Position numbers and translations under genes: made by a program. Positions 50,737 through 62,700 of a stretch of 64,000 nt of DNA are shown piece by piece (positions within the stretch are counted from its first letter, which is position 1; the number at the start of each line of letters is the position of its first letter). The notes beneath the pieces are model-generated. The model saw only the letters and a program-made list of their open reading frames with translations, was not told the DNA's origin and did no database searches. This stretch comes from Balanoglossus misakiensis (taxonomy: Eukaryota > Animalia > Hemichordata): the NCBI GenBank assembly GCA_040954595.2, contig CM082588.2, positions 5,280,102 to 5,344,101 of the forward strand. The letters run 5' to 3'.

Positions 50737-52287
50737 ATGATCGCAAAAATGCAGACGGGTCAAGATAGAAGAACGTACCGACTGGGCAGTTTTGGAATGC
50801 TATGTACCATTTGTCTGGGGGCCATAGTGGTGAGCAACCATCTTTTTGTAGCCAGCAATTTTAACGGGAAACCTATCCTTCGATCCCTTTACCGTTCAAA
50901 TGTGGAAAAACAAAGCACACCTTCGCCTTGGAAATATTTGCCGGAAATTGGCCATGAACACCGGCTTGATGGGGTAATCGACCGAATCAAATTCTTCAGA
51001 GAACAGACACTGATAGAAGAAATGGAATGGGGAGAATTTGGACTCACGCAAGACAGTTATTGGAAAGCTTTGACTCGCAATACTTCGTTTGACGTGTTGA
51101 AGGAGTCGTTCAGAGACGTTTTGTTGACTGGTCGCAAGCTGAAGATCGGTTTGTCTGGGGGTTCCATCTCTACGGGGCTGTGCGCCGGACCGGAGAATTT
51201 ATATCCGGAGCGATTGAAGAACAACCTGCAATTTATACTCGGTAGCCCCGTTGTTGTAGAAAATGGTGCCCTTGGATCGACGGGTTCGCTGTTTCACGTG
51301 TACTGCATGGACACTTTCCTGAATTTGAATGAAATCGACGTTTTGCTGTGGGAATTCGCCGTCAATGACAACGCCCTCAACCAGACCTGCTTCGCCCAGG
51401 AGCTGTTCACGATCAAAGTGTTGAAGTTGCCTAAAGTGCCCGAGTTAGTCTACGTCAATTTTGTGATGATAAGAGAGGAACTGGATAAAAGTAGGCGCGG
51501 TTGTCAAACGCAAGAGACATACGCCCAGATCTGCAGTAAACCGCTGGCGCAACACTACAATATTCCGTCCATGGATTTCCTGAGCGTTGTGTGCGATCTG
51601 GTAAAAGCAGGAACTCACAAACAATTTATGTGCCCGTATGGACCCAATTCCCACCCGGACATAAAATTTCATAACATCGTCGGGACATATCTCTCTCGCT
51701 TATTTGTAGATGTTTTAGAGGAGGCAATAATCTCCCTTCGGAAAGAAATCGAGCAGAAATCTATATCTGTTGAACAGCGAGTGAAAAGGCGGCATGGTTT
51801 ACCGAGACCGCTTTTCCCATCCAAACAGATTGTCAACTGCCAGTGTTGGTCCGCTTCCATACCGCCCACTGGGATGCATTTCCCGCTTATCCCAGTCGAG
51901 AACGGGACGTGGCAGTTTTTCGTCCCGGGCATGGGACGAGCTCGGATGGACCAGAAAAACGTGTGGATGTCAACTGAAGCCAATAGCACCATCGTCTTCC
52001 CCGTGAACATTGAACGTTACAAAAACGACACCGCTTGCTTGTACGTCGCTGTTTTGCTGTGCAAAGACTGCGGAATCGGCAAAGCCTGGCTGGATGACCT
52101 TCCACCGGTCGAGATAGACCCTCGTGGCAAATACGCGCTGGGTATGATTTTCCAGATCGCGGACAGCGTCTCTCGCGGCTATCACACCGTCAGTGTGAGA
52201 GCGTCAACGCCGGGATTCGCCGTGTTGGCGCTGTTGAGCGGATTTGAAGTCGATGGCGTAAAGAGCAAAACGCAGAGAGTGGTGTAG
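50737..52287 (+). CDS. Type II membrane-anchored SGNH/GDSL hydrolase-like protein, copy A (516 aa, intronless CDS)
   Basis: N-terminal hydrophobic anchor (FGMLCTICLGAIVV). SGNH-like blocks are GGSIS (I), NGALGSTGS (II), WEFAVND (III) and SHP (V), followed by a beta-rich C-terminal domain. An acceptor tttcag just upstream (50723-50728) implies a 5'UTR intron. Confidence 0.8.
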   Translation: MIAKMQTGQDRRTYRLGSFGMLCTICLGAIVVSNHLFVASNFNGKPILRSLYRSNVEKQSTPSPWKYLPEIGHEHRLDGVIDRIKFFREQTLIEEMEWGEFGLTQDSYWKALTRNTSFDVLKESFRDVLLTGRKLKIGLSGGSISTGLCAGPENLYPERLKNNLQFILGSPVVVENGALGSTGSLFHVYCMDTFLNLNEIDVLLWEFAVNDNALNQTCFAQELFTIKVLKLPKVPELVYVNFVMIREELDKSRRGCQTQETYAQICSKPLAQHYNIPSMDFLSVVCDLVKAGTHKQFMCPYGPNSHPDIKFHNIVGTYLSRLFVDVLEEAIISLRKEIEQKSISVEQRVKRRHGLPRPLFPSKQIVNCQCWSASIPPTGMHFPLIPVENGTWQFFVPGMGRARMDQKNVWMSTEANSTIVFPVNIERYKNDTACLYVAVLLCKDCGIGKAWLDDLPPVEIDPRGKYALGMIFQIADSVSRGYHTVSVRASTPGFAVLALLSGFEVDGVKSKTQRVV

Positions 52288-54526
52288 TCAAGAAGGAAAG
52301 TCGAACTCTAACAAAGAAACACAAACATGACATAAGGGACATCTTCTCCAAGCCAATCACAATGGTCTGCCATGTGATTTGACCCAAGATTATTCAAAGA
52401 GGTAGCATTTCAATTGCAATTTCTTAAAATCCAACGAATTGAGTATTTCTCTTAGGAGAGGACCAATTTTTTGAAGTGTTTGCTCGAATTCCACATTTAC
52501 ACGAGGGAGGGTCGAGGAGTAGTCTTCAAAATGTTCTTTAATTTTCTATTTGAATGTTTGTGAACTCTTTGGACTAGATAACCTATTTGACTTTCAGAAG
52601 CTAAAAATGATTTGGCTGAAGTGGTATTTGAACACCTCAGAAATGCGTAACTGAAAACACCGAGAATGCGACAGTGCGCATGCTCACCAACTTTGGACGG
52701 TGCCCCCTGCATCGGCCCAGTGACAATTGTGCTGATGTTGTGAATTTTTGCTTCCCTTGGGACACGTAGGATGAAGTTGCTCAGTCCTTCTTGGGCAATG
52801 CGATGTCAAATCTGAATTTGTTTGTTGGCTATGTATGCAAAAATGGACAGCCTTCCTCTTTGCTAGGCAAAATGCTATGTTATTATCCAGTGAAATTCCG
52901 AAGGGGAATCCTATCAGAGTCAAATAAAATATATTTCGTACTTTATATCGAATTGCTATTCTTGTGTTCCTTCATACCAGTTTGAACCAGCTGCAAGTGT
53001 ACTACAAATTTTGTATGATATAGCTGGAGGAGTCAAATCAATATAACACACTTGCGCATCGATTGTACGTTTCAAACGAATATTGTCAGTGAAGAATACC
53101 AGTATACAGTACTACAAAGGTCTGGAATTACGATTTTCAACAAAAAAGGATAATCATCTTACAGCTCAACAGTAAAATTAAAAATTACCGAGTAAAACCA
53201 CGCAGAAACACAACAAAATCACATAGAGGATAAAACGATATACATGTCAGAAATTAAGTTTTCTGGTGGCCATTGGCACAAAACTCTTGCTGAATCTCAG
53301 CTAAGAACATTTGAGTCAACGATATCTACGGCCTGAGGGTAACATTTCAAAGCAAGAATACAAAGGATGGTTTATGACACGCATAATATGCAAAATATAT
53401 ACAACAATCACCCTTGGTGACCCCTCCCTTTAAGCCAATTAAATTCAGACAAAACTGCACCAAGGATACCCCTTTATAACAGATGCACATGACCTTAGTA
53501 TGGTAATTTATGTGCGTGGTATTTTGCATATACTCATTAGAATCTGGTCATCTGATTGGATTATGCGTATTATACAGTAAACGACATGTCGCAGCGACCT
53601 CACGAGGATTTCAACTCGTTTAACCAGGGCCGAGACTTCAGGACCTAACACTCTTTCGAATGCTGACTTGAAACAGGAACTTCACATCTTATAACTGTAA
53701 GTTTTGTTTTGTGATATTGGCTTGCATAAATTCAATTTTAGGCCGAGTATTTGCGGGGGGTTAACGCGCCAGAAGTCGCATGCATGCAGTGGGCGTGTGA
53801 CGTGGCCAACGGAGAAACCTGAACATGTACTAACGGATCATTCGACTTTTCGCCTGTGACGTTTTAGTTTGGTGGAGATGTGATCAGCACCTGAAATGGA
53901 TTCATGCCGCCAAACGTTCTTGAAGTTTAATGTCTTTCCTGCGATTAACATGCAACATGACATCAAATCATGACAACCCATTATTGCAATCGGTAGTATA
54001 ACTAAGCCGGGTGCATGACACTACCGGGTATCCGCGAAGAAAAGCAGTTTTAAGCTTTAATCCATGAACTTACGACCATATGTTGTATTTTGCTCACATA
54101 CATGTGGCATCTTAACTTGTGCAAGTTGATTTGAGGTCGGTTTTCGACCCTGCTGCGTTACTTGTTCACTGAAACGAATCAGGATATAAACCAAGCCCCC
54201 CAACTTGGTAATTAATGGTACTGACAAAATGGTTGCCGACCTCGGGCGTGGCTGGTTATTGCTGTTTTTCGATGCGTTTCTGTATATTTCGTGATTTGGG
54301 TTTTACTGCCGAATACCTAAGGTGTTTGTTTTAGGTCGTTTACTTGATGAAATGGGTTCATTTCAGTCGGGTTATGGTGGTTTACTGGTGTTTGGCTGGT
54401 TTTCACCATTTATCATATGCCGATGTAAGGCAGTTTAGGTCCATATTTCAATGTATCCACTTACTGATTTAGTTCATTTTTTCTATTCTCTTTCACTTAA
54501 TTTCGAATGCAGGATTGACTCTCAGA

Positions 54527-56044
54527 ATGCGGATGGTTCAAGATACAAGAGCTTGCCGAGCGTACACTTTCGGGGTGCTATGTACCATTTGTCTAGTGGC
54601 CATAGTGGTGAGCAACCATCTTTATGTAGCCAGCAACTCCAACAGGAAAGTACCTATTCTTCGGTCTGTTCCCTTTCCAAACACGGGAAAGCAAACGTCA
54701 TCGTACTCAGAATATTTGCCGGGGATTGATCATGAACGGCTTGATAAAGTAGTCAACCGAATGAAATTCTTCAGAGAACAGACACTGATAGAAGAAATAG
54801 AATGGGGAGAATTTGGACTCACGCAAGACAGCTATTGGAAAGCTTTGACTCGCAATACTTCGTTTGACGTGTTGAAGGAGTCGTTCAGAGACGTTTTGTT
54901 GACTGGTCGCAAGCTGAAGATCGGTTTGTCTGGGGGTTCCATATCTACGGGGCTGTGCGCCGGACCGGAGAATTTATATCCGGAGCGATTGAAGAACAAC
55001 CTGCAATTTATACTCGGTAGCCCCGTTGTTGTAGAAAATGGTGCCCTTGGATCGACGGGTTCGCTGTTTCACGTGTACTGCATGGACACTTTCCTGAATT
55101 TGAATGAAATCGACGTTTTGCTGTGGGAATTCGCCGTCAATGACAACGCCCTCAATCGCACCTGCATCGCCCAGGAGCTATTCACGATTAAGGTACTGAA
55201 GTTGCCGAAAGTACCCGAGTTAGTCTACGTTAATCTTTTAATGATTAAAGAGGAATCGGGTAAAAGTATAAGTAGTTGTAATACCCAACAGACGTACGCC
55301 AATACCTGTAGTAAACCGTTGACGAAACACTACAATATTCCATCGATGGACTTTCGAAGTGTGGTGTGCGATCTTGCAACATCAGGAACACACGAAGATT
55401 TCATGTGCCCAATTGGACCTAATTCCCACCCGGACATAAAATTTCACAGCATCGTTGGAACGTATCTCTCGCGCTTGTTTGTAGATGTTTTAGAGGAGGC
55501 GACAATCTCCCTTCGGAAAGAAAACGAGACGGGATCTGTATCTGTTGAACAGAGAGTGAAAAAACCGAATGCTTTGCCACCACCGTTGTTCCCATCCAAA
55601 CAGATAGTGACAAGCCAGTGTTGGTCCGCTTCCATACCGCCCACGGGGATGCATTTCCCGCTCATCCCGATTAGGAACGGAACATGGAAGCTTCTCATCC
55701 CGGTGATGGGACGAGGCAGAATGGACCACAAAAACGTGTGGCTTTCAACCGAGGCCAATAGCACCATCGTCTTTCCCGTGAACATCGAACGTTGCGTAGG
55801 TGGGAATTCTCGTCTATACATCGCCATTTTGCTGTGCAAAGACTGCGGAATCGGCAAAGCCTGGCTGGACGACCTTCCATCGGTCGAGATAGACCCTCGT
55901 GGCAAATACGCGCTGGGTATGATTTTCCAGATCGCGGACAGCGTCTCTCGCGGCTATCACACCGTCAGTGTGAGTGCGTCAACGCCGGGATTTTGTCTGG
56001 TTGCTGTGATAAGCGCATGTGAGCGCCCCATCGATGAGGAGTAA
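54527..56044 (+). CDS. Type II membrane-anchored SGNH/GDSL hydrolase-like protein, copy B (~505 aa, intronless CDS)
   Basis: Paralog of 50737-52287 with the same four blocks. The first ATG is at 54527 (the ORF track starts at a TTG at 54515), just after an acceptor tgcag (54508-54512). Confidence 0.8.
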   Translation: MRMVQDTRACRAYTFGVLCTICLVAIVVSNHLYVASNSNRKVPILRSVPFPNTGKQTSSYSEYLPGIDHERLDKVVNRMKFFREQTLIEEIEWGEFGLTQDSYWKALTRNTSFDVLKESFRDVLLTGRKLKIGLSGGSISTGLCAGPENLYPERLKNNLQFILGSPVVVENGALGSTGSLFHVYCMDTFLNLNEIDVLLWEFAVNDNALNRTCIAQELFTIKVLKLPKVPELVYVNLLMIKEESGKSISSCNTQQTYANTCSKPLTKHYNIPSMDFRSVVCDLATSGTHEDFMCPIGPNSHPDIKFHSIVGTYLSRLFVDVLEEATISLRKENETGSVSVEQRVKKPNALPPPLFPSKQIVTSQCWSASIPPTGMHFPLIPIRNGTWKLLIPVMGRGRMDHKNVWLSTEANSTIVFPVNIERCVGGNSRLYIAILLCKDCGIGKAWLDDLPSVEIDPRGKYALGMIFQIADSVSRGYHTVSVSASTPGFCLVAVISACERPIDEE

Positions 56045-56730
56045 GAAACATTAAAACGCGGACAAGTAAATAACATGAAATGTGTCATTTATAGACATAT
56101 AGGTTGACTTAATAATCTGGATGCTTTGCATTTCATCATGGTTCAAGGATTTGAAGAAGAAACTGCAGTAGATACACAAAACAAAATCACTGAAAACATA
56201 GCGAAAAGTTACAGCCAATGGAGCTTTAATTATAAGCGAATGGAGTGAGTATGACTGTGGCTATACATTTTGCTTAGAAAAATGTATAGATGTATATATA
56301 AAATAGAACTATATACTGGCGGGCAGATGTTTTCCGATATGGCATATCAACAATTCATCACTCTCAGTTTTGATATCAACCGGCTACTTGCGTCTGCGCA
56401 TTAATAAACGGATTCGTGAGAAATCTGTATTATCGGAATATTACAATGAACGTGACGAAACTTGCAAAATATTGAAAATGCACGATGGCATCAAACATTC
56501 AGCAAGACACTCAGTTTAAATGATTTCTGTTTGTAGTTAGCTTTTACCCTGTGAATGTTATTAATTTTTAGTTTAATTTTTTACTCGTGAAGCCTTTCAT
56601 TAAAAGTCATTATCCTTGACACAAAATGTGGCTGCATTGAAGTTAACAATCCAATGGAATTAATTATCTTGTAATGTGTAGAAAAGTTCATATTTTCTTC
56701 GTTATGATTGAATAAATGCTCGGATTTATT

Positions 56731-59700
56731 AATTTTTCGACTTTGCGAATTTTCAAAATTTCGTCATGTTTTGAAAGAAATCATGGGTTATAGCTCATGA
56801 AAATCATCCAAAAATGTCAATTTTTCGACTTTGCGAATTTTCAAAATTTCGTCATGTTTGGAAAGAAATCATGGGTTATAGCTCATGAAAATCATCCAAA
56901 AATGTCAATTTTTCGACTTTGCGAATTTTCAAAATATCGTCATGTTTTGAAAGAAATCATGGGTTATAGCTCATGAAAATCATCCGAAAATGACAATTTT
57001 TCGACTTTGCGAAATATCAAAATTTCTTCATTTTTTTGAAAAAACCATGGGTTATAGCTCATGAAAATCATCCGAAAATGACAATTTTTCGACTTTGTGA
57101 AATATCAAAATTTCTTCATTTTTTTGAAAAAACCATGGGTTATAGCTCATGAAAATCATCCAAAAATGACAATTTTTCGACTTTGCGAAATATCAAAATT
57201 TCTTCATTTTTTTGAAAAAACCATGGGTTATAGCTCATGAAAATCATCCAAAAATGACAATTTTTCGACTTTGCGAAATATCAAAATTTCTTCATTTTTT
57301 TGAAAAAACCATGGGTTATAGCTCATGAAAATCATCCGAAAATGACAATTTTTCGACTTTGCGAAATATCAAAATTTCTTCATTTTTTTGAAAAAACCAT
57401 GGGTTATAGCTCATGAAAATCATCCGAAAATGACAATTTTTCGACTTTGCGAAATATCAAAATTTCTTCATTTTTTTGAAAAAACCATGGGTTATAGCTC
57501 ATGAAAATCATCCAAAAATGACAATTTTTCGACTTTGCGAAATATCAAAATTTCTTCATTTTTTTGAAAAAACCATGGGTTATAGCTCATGAAAATCATC
57601 CAAAAATGACAATTTTTCGACTTTGCGAAATATCAAAATTTCTTCATTTTTTTGAAAAAACCATGGGTTATAGCTCATGAAAATCATTCAAAAATGACAA
57701 TTTTTTGACTTTGCGAAATATCAAAATTTCTTCATTTTTTTGAAAAAACCATGGGTTATAGCTCATGAAAATCATCCAAAAATGACAATTTTTCGACTTT
57801 GCGAAATATCAAAATTTCTTCATTTTTTTGAAAAAACCATGGGTTATAGCTCATGAAAATCATCCAAAAATGACAATTTTTCGACTTTGCGAAATATCAA
57901 AATTTCTTCATTTTTTTGAAAAAACCATGGGTTATAGCTCATGAAAATCATCCAAAAATGACAATTTTTCGACTTTGCGAAATATCAAAATTTCTTCATT
58001 TTTTTGAAAAAACCATGGGTTATAGCTCATGAAAATCATCCAAAAATGACAATTTTTCGACTTTGCGAAATATCAAAATTTCTTCATTTTTTTGAAAAAA
58101 CCATGGGTTATAGCTCATGAAAATCATCCAAAAATGACAATTTTTCGACTTTGCGAAATATCAAAATTTCTTCATTTTTTTGAAAAAACCATGGGTTATA
58201 GCTCATGAAAATCATCCAAAAATGAAAATTTTTCGACTTTGCGAAATATCAAAATTTCTTCATTTTTTTGAAAAAACCATGGGTTATAGCTCATGAAAAT
58301 CATCCAAAAATGACAATTTTTTGACTTTGCGAAATATCAAAATTTCTTCATTTTTTTGAAAAAACCATGGGTTATAGCTCATGAAAATCATCCAAAAATG
58401 ACAATTTTTCGACTTTGCGAAATATCAAAAATTCTTCATTTTTTTGAAAAAAACCATGGGTTATAGCTCATGAAAATCATCCAAAAATGACAATTTTTCG
58501 ACTTTGCGAAATATCAAAATTTCTTCATTTTTTTTAATAAACCATGGGTTATAGCTCATGAAAATCATCCAAAATGACAATTTTTCGACTTTGCGAAATA
58601 TCAAAATTTCTTCATTTTTTTTAATAAACCATGGGTTATAGCTCATGAAAATCATCCAAAAATGACAATTTTTCGACTTTGCGAAATATCAAAATTTCTT
58701 CATTTTTTTGAAAAAACCATGGGTTATAGCTCATGAAAATCATTCAAAAATGACAATTTTTCGACTTTGCGAAATATCAAAATTTCTTCATTTTTTTGAA
58801 AAAACCATGGGTTATAGCTCATGAAAATCATCCAAAAATGACAATTTTTCGACTTTGCGAAATATCAAAATTTCTTCATTTTTTTGAAAAAACCATGGGT
58901 TATAGCTCATGAAAATCATCCAAAAATGACAATTTTTCGACTTTGCGAAATATCAAAATTTCTTCATTTTTTTGAAAAAACCATGGGTTATAGCTCATGA
59001 AAATCATCCAAAAATGACAATTTTTCGACTTTGCGAAATATCAAAATTTCTTCATTTTTTTGAAAAAACCATGGGTTATAGCTCATGAAAATCATCCGAA
59101 AATGACAATTTTTCGACTTTGCGAAATATCAAAATTTCTTCATTTTTTTGAAAAAACCATGGGTTATAGCTCATGAAAATCATCCAAAAATGACAATTTT
59201 TCGACTTTGCGAAATATCAAAATTTCTTCATTTTTTTGAAAAAACCATGGGTTATAGCTCATGAAAATCATCCAAAAATGACAATTTTTCGACTTTGCGA
59301 AATATCAAAATTTCTTCATTTTTTTGAAAAAACCATGGGTTATAGCTCATGAAAATCATCCGAAAATGACAATTTTTCGACTTTGCGAAATATCAAAATT
59401 TCTTCATTTTTTTGAAAAAACCATGGGTTATAGCTCATGAAAATCATCCAAAAATGACAATTTTTCGACTTTGCGAAATATCAAAATTTCTTCATTTTTT
59501 TGAAAAAACCATGGGTTATAGCTCATGAAAATCATCCAAAAATGACAATTTTTCGACTTTGCGAAATATCAAAATTTCTTCATTTTTTTGAAAAAACCAT
59601 GGGTTATAGCTCATGAAAATCATCCAAAAATGACAATTTTTCGACTTTGCGAAATATCAAAATTTCTTCATTTTTTTGAAAAAACCATGGGTTATAGCTC

Positions 59701-62700
59701 ATGAAAATCATCCAAAAATGACAATTTTTTGACTTTGCGAAATATCAAAATTTCTTCATTTTTTTGAAAAAACAATGGGTTATAGCTCATGAAAATCATC
59801 CAAAAATGACAATTTTTCGACTTTGCGAAATATCAAAATTTCTTCATTTTTTTGAAAAAACCATGGGTTATAGCTCATGAAAATCATTCAAAAATGACAA
59901 TTTTTTGACTTTGCGAAATATCAAAATTTCTTCATTTTTTTGAAAAAACCATGGGTTATAGCTCATGAAAATCATCCAAAAATGACAATTTTTCGACTTT
60001 GCGAAATATCAAAATTTCTTCATTTTTTTGAAAAAACCATGGGTTATAGCTCATGAAAATCATCCAAAAATGACAATTTTTCGACTTTGCGAAATATCAA
60101 AAATTCTTCATTTTTTTGAAAAAACCATGGGTTATAGCTCATGAAAATCATCCAAAAATGACAATTTTTCGACTTTGCGAAATATCAAAAATTCTTCATT
60201 TTTTTGAAAAAACCATGGGTTATAGCTCATGAAAATCATCCAAAATGACAATTTTTCGACTTTGCGAAATATCAAAAATTCTTCATTTTTTTGAAAAAAA
60301 CCATGGGTTATAGCTCATGAAAATCATCCAAAAATGACAATTTTTCGACTTTGCGAAATATCAAAATTTCTTCATTTTTTGAAAAAACCATGGGTTATAG
60401 CTCATGAAAATCATCCAAAAATGACAATTTTTCGACTTTGCGAAATATCAAAATTTCTTCATTTTTTTGAAAAAACCATGGGTTATAGCTCATGAAAATC
60501 ATCCAAAAATGACAATTTTTCGACTTTGCGAAATATCAAAATTTCTTCATTTTTTTGAAAAAACCATGGGTTATAGCTCATGAAAATCATCCAAAAATGA
60601 CAATTTTTCGACTTTGCGAAATATCAAAATTTCTTCATTTTTTTGAAAAAACCATGGGTTATAGCTCATGAAAATCATCCAAAAATGACAATTTTTCGAC
60701 TTTGCGAAATATCAAAATTTCTTCATTTTTTTTGAAAAAACCATGGGTTATAGCTCATGAAAATCATTCAAAAATGACAATTTTTTGACTTTGCGAAATA
60801 TCAAAATTTCTTCATTTTTTTGAAAAAACCATGGGTTATAGCTCATGAAAATCATCCAAAAATGACAATTTTTCGACTTTGCGAAATATCAAAATTTCTT
60901 CATTTTTTTGAAAAAACCATGGGTTATAGCTCATGAAAATCATCCAAAAATGACAATTTTTCGACTTTGCGAAATATCAAAATTTCTTCATTTTTTTGAA
61001 AAAACCATGGGTTATAGCTCATGAAAATCATTCAAAAATGACAATTTTTTGACTTTGCGAAATATCAAAATTTCTTCATTTTTTTGAAAAAAACCATGGG
61101 TTATAGCTCATGAAAATCATCCAAAAATGACAATTTTTCGACTTTGCGAAATATCAAAATTTCTTCATTTTTTTGAAAAAACCATGGGTTATAGCTCATG
61201 AAAATCATCCAAAAATGACAATTTTTCGACTTTGCGAAATATCAAAATTTCTTCATTTTTTTGAAAAAACCATGGGTTATAGCTCATGAAAATCATCCAA
61301 AAATGACAATTTTTCGACTTTGCGAAATATCAAAATTTCTTCATTTTTTTGAAAAAAACCATGGGTTATAGCTCATGAAAATCATCCAAAAATGACAATT
61401 TTTCGACTTTGCGAAATATCAAAATTTCTTCATTTTTTTGAAAAAACCATGGGTTATAGCTCATGAAAATCATCCAAAAATGACAATTTTTCGACTTTGC
61501 GAAATATCAAAATTTCTTCATTTTTTTGAAAAAAACCATGGGTTATAGCTCATGAAAATCATCCAAAAATGACAATTTTTCGACTTTGCGAAATATCAAA
61601 ATTTCTTCATTTTTTTGAAAAAACCATGGGTTATAGCTCATGAAAATCATCCAAAAATGACAATTTTTCGACTTTGCGAAATATCAAAATTTCTTCATTT
61701 TTTTTAATAAACCATGGGTTATAGCTCATGAAAATCATCCAAAAATGACAATTTTTCGACTTTGCGAAATATCAAAATTTCTTCATTTTTTTGAAAAAAC
61801 CATGGGTTATAGCTCATGAAAATCATTCAAAAATGACAATTTTTTGACTTTGCGAAATATCAAAATTTCTTCATTTTTTTGAAAAAAACCATGGGTTATA
61901 GCTCATGAAAATCATCCAAAAATGACAATTTTTCGACTTTGCGAAATATCAAAATTTCTTCATTTTTTTGAAAAAACCATGGGTTATAGCTCATGAAAAT
62001 CATCCAAAAATGACAATTTTTCGACTTTGCGAAATATCAAAATTTCTTCATTTTTTTGAAAAAACCATGGGTTATAGCTCATGAAAATCATCCAAAAATG
62101 ACAATTTTTCGACTTTGCGAAATATCAAAATTTCTTCATTTTTTTGAAAAAACCATGGGTTATAGCTCATGAAAATCATCCAAAAATGACAATTTTTTGA
62201 CTTTGCGAAATATCAAAATTTCTTCATTTTTTTGAAAAAAACCATGGGTTATAGCTCATGAAAATCATCCAAAAATGACAATTTTTCGACTTTGCGAAAT
62301 ATCAAAATTTCTTCATTTTTTTGAAAAAACCATGGGTTATAGCTCATGAAAATCATCCAAAAATGACAATTTTTCGACTTTGCGAAATATCAAAATTTCT
62401 TCATTTTTTTGAAAAAACCATGGGTTATAGCTCATGAAAATCATCCAAAAATGACAATTTTTCGACTTTGCGAAATATCAAAATTTCTTCATTTTTTTGA
62501 AAAAACCATGGGTTATAGCTCATGAAAATCATCCAAAAATGACAATTTTTCGACTTTGCGAAATATCAAAATTTCTTCATTTTTTTGAAAAAACCATGGG
62601 TTATAGCTCATGAAAATCATCCAAAAATGACAATTTTTCGACTTTGCGAAATATCAAAATTTCTTCATTTTTTTGAAAAAACCATGGGTTATAGCTCATG

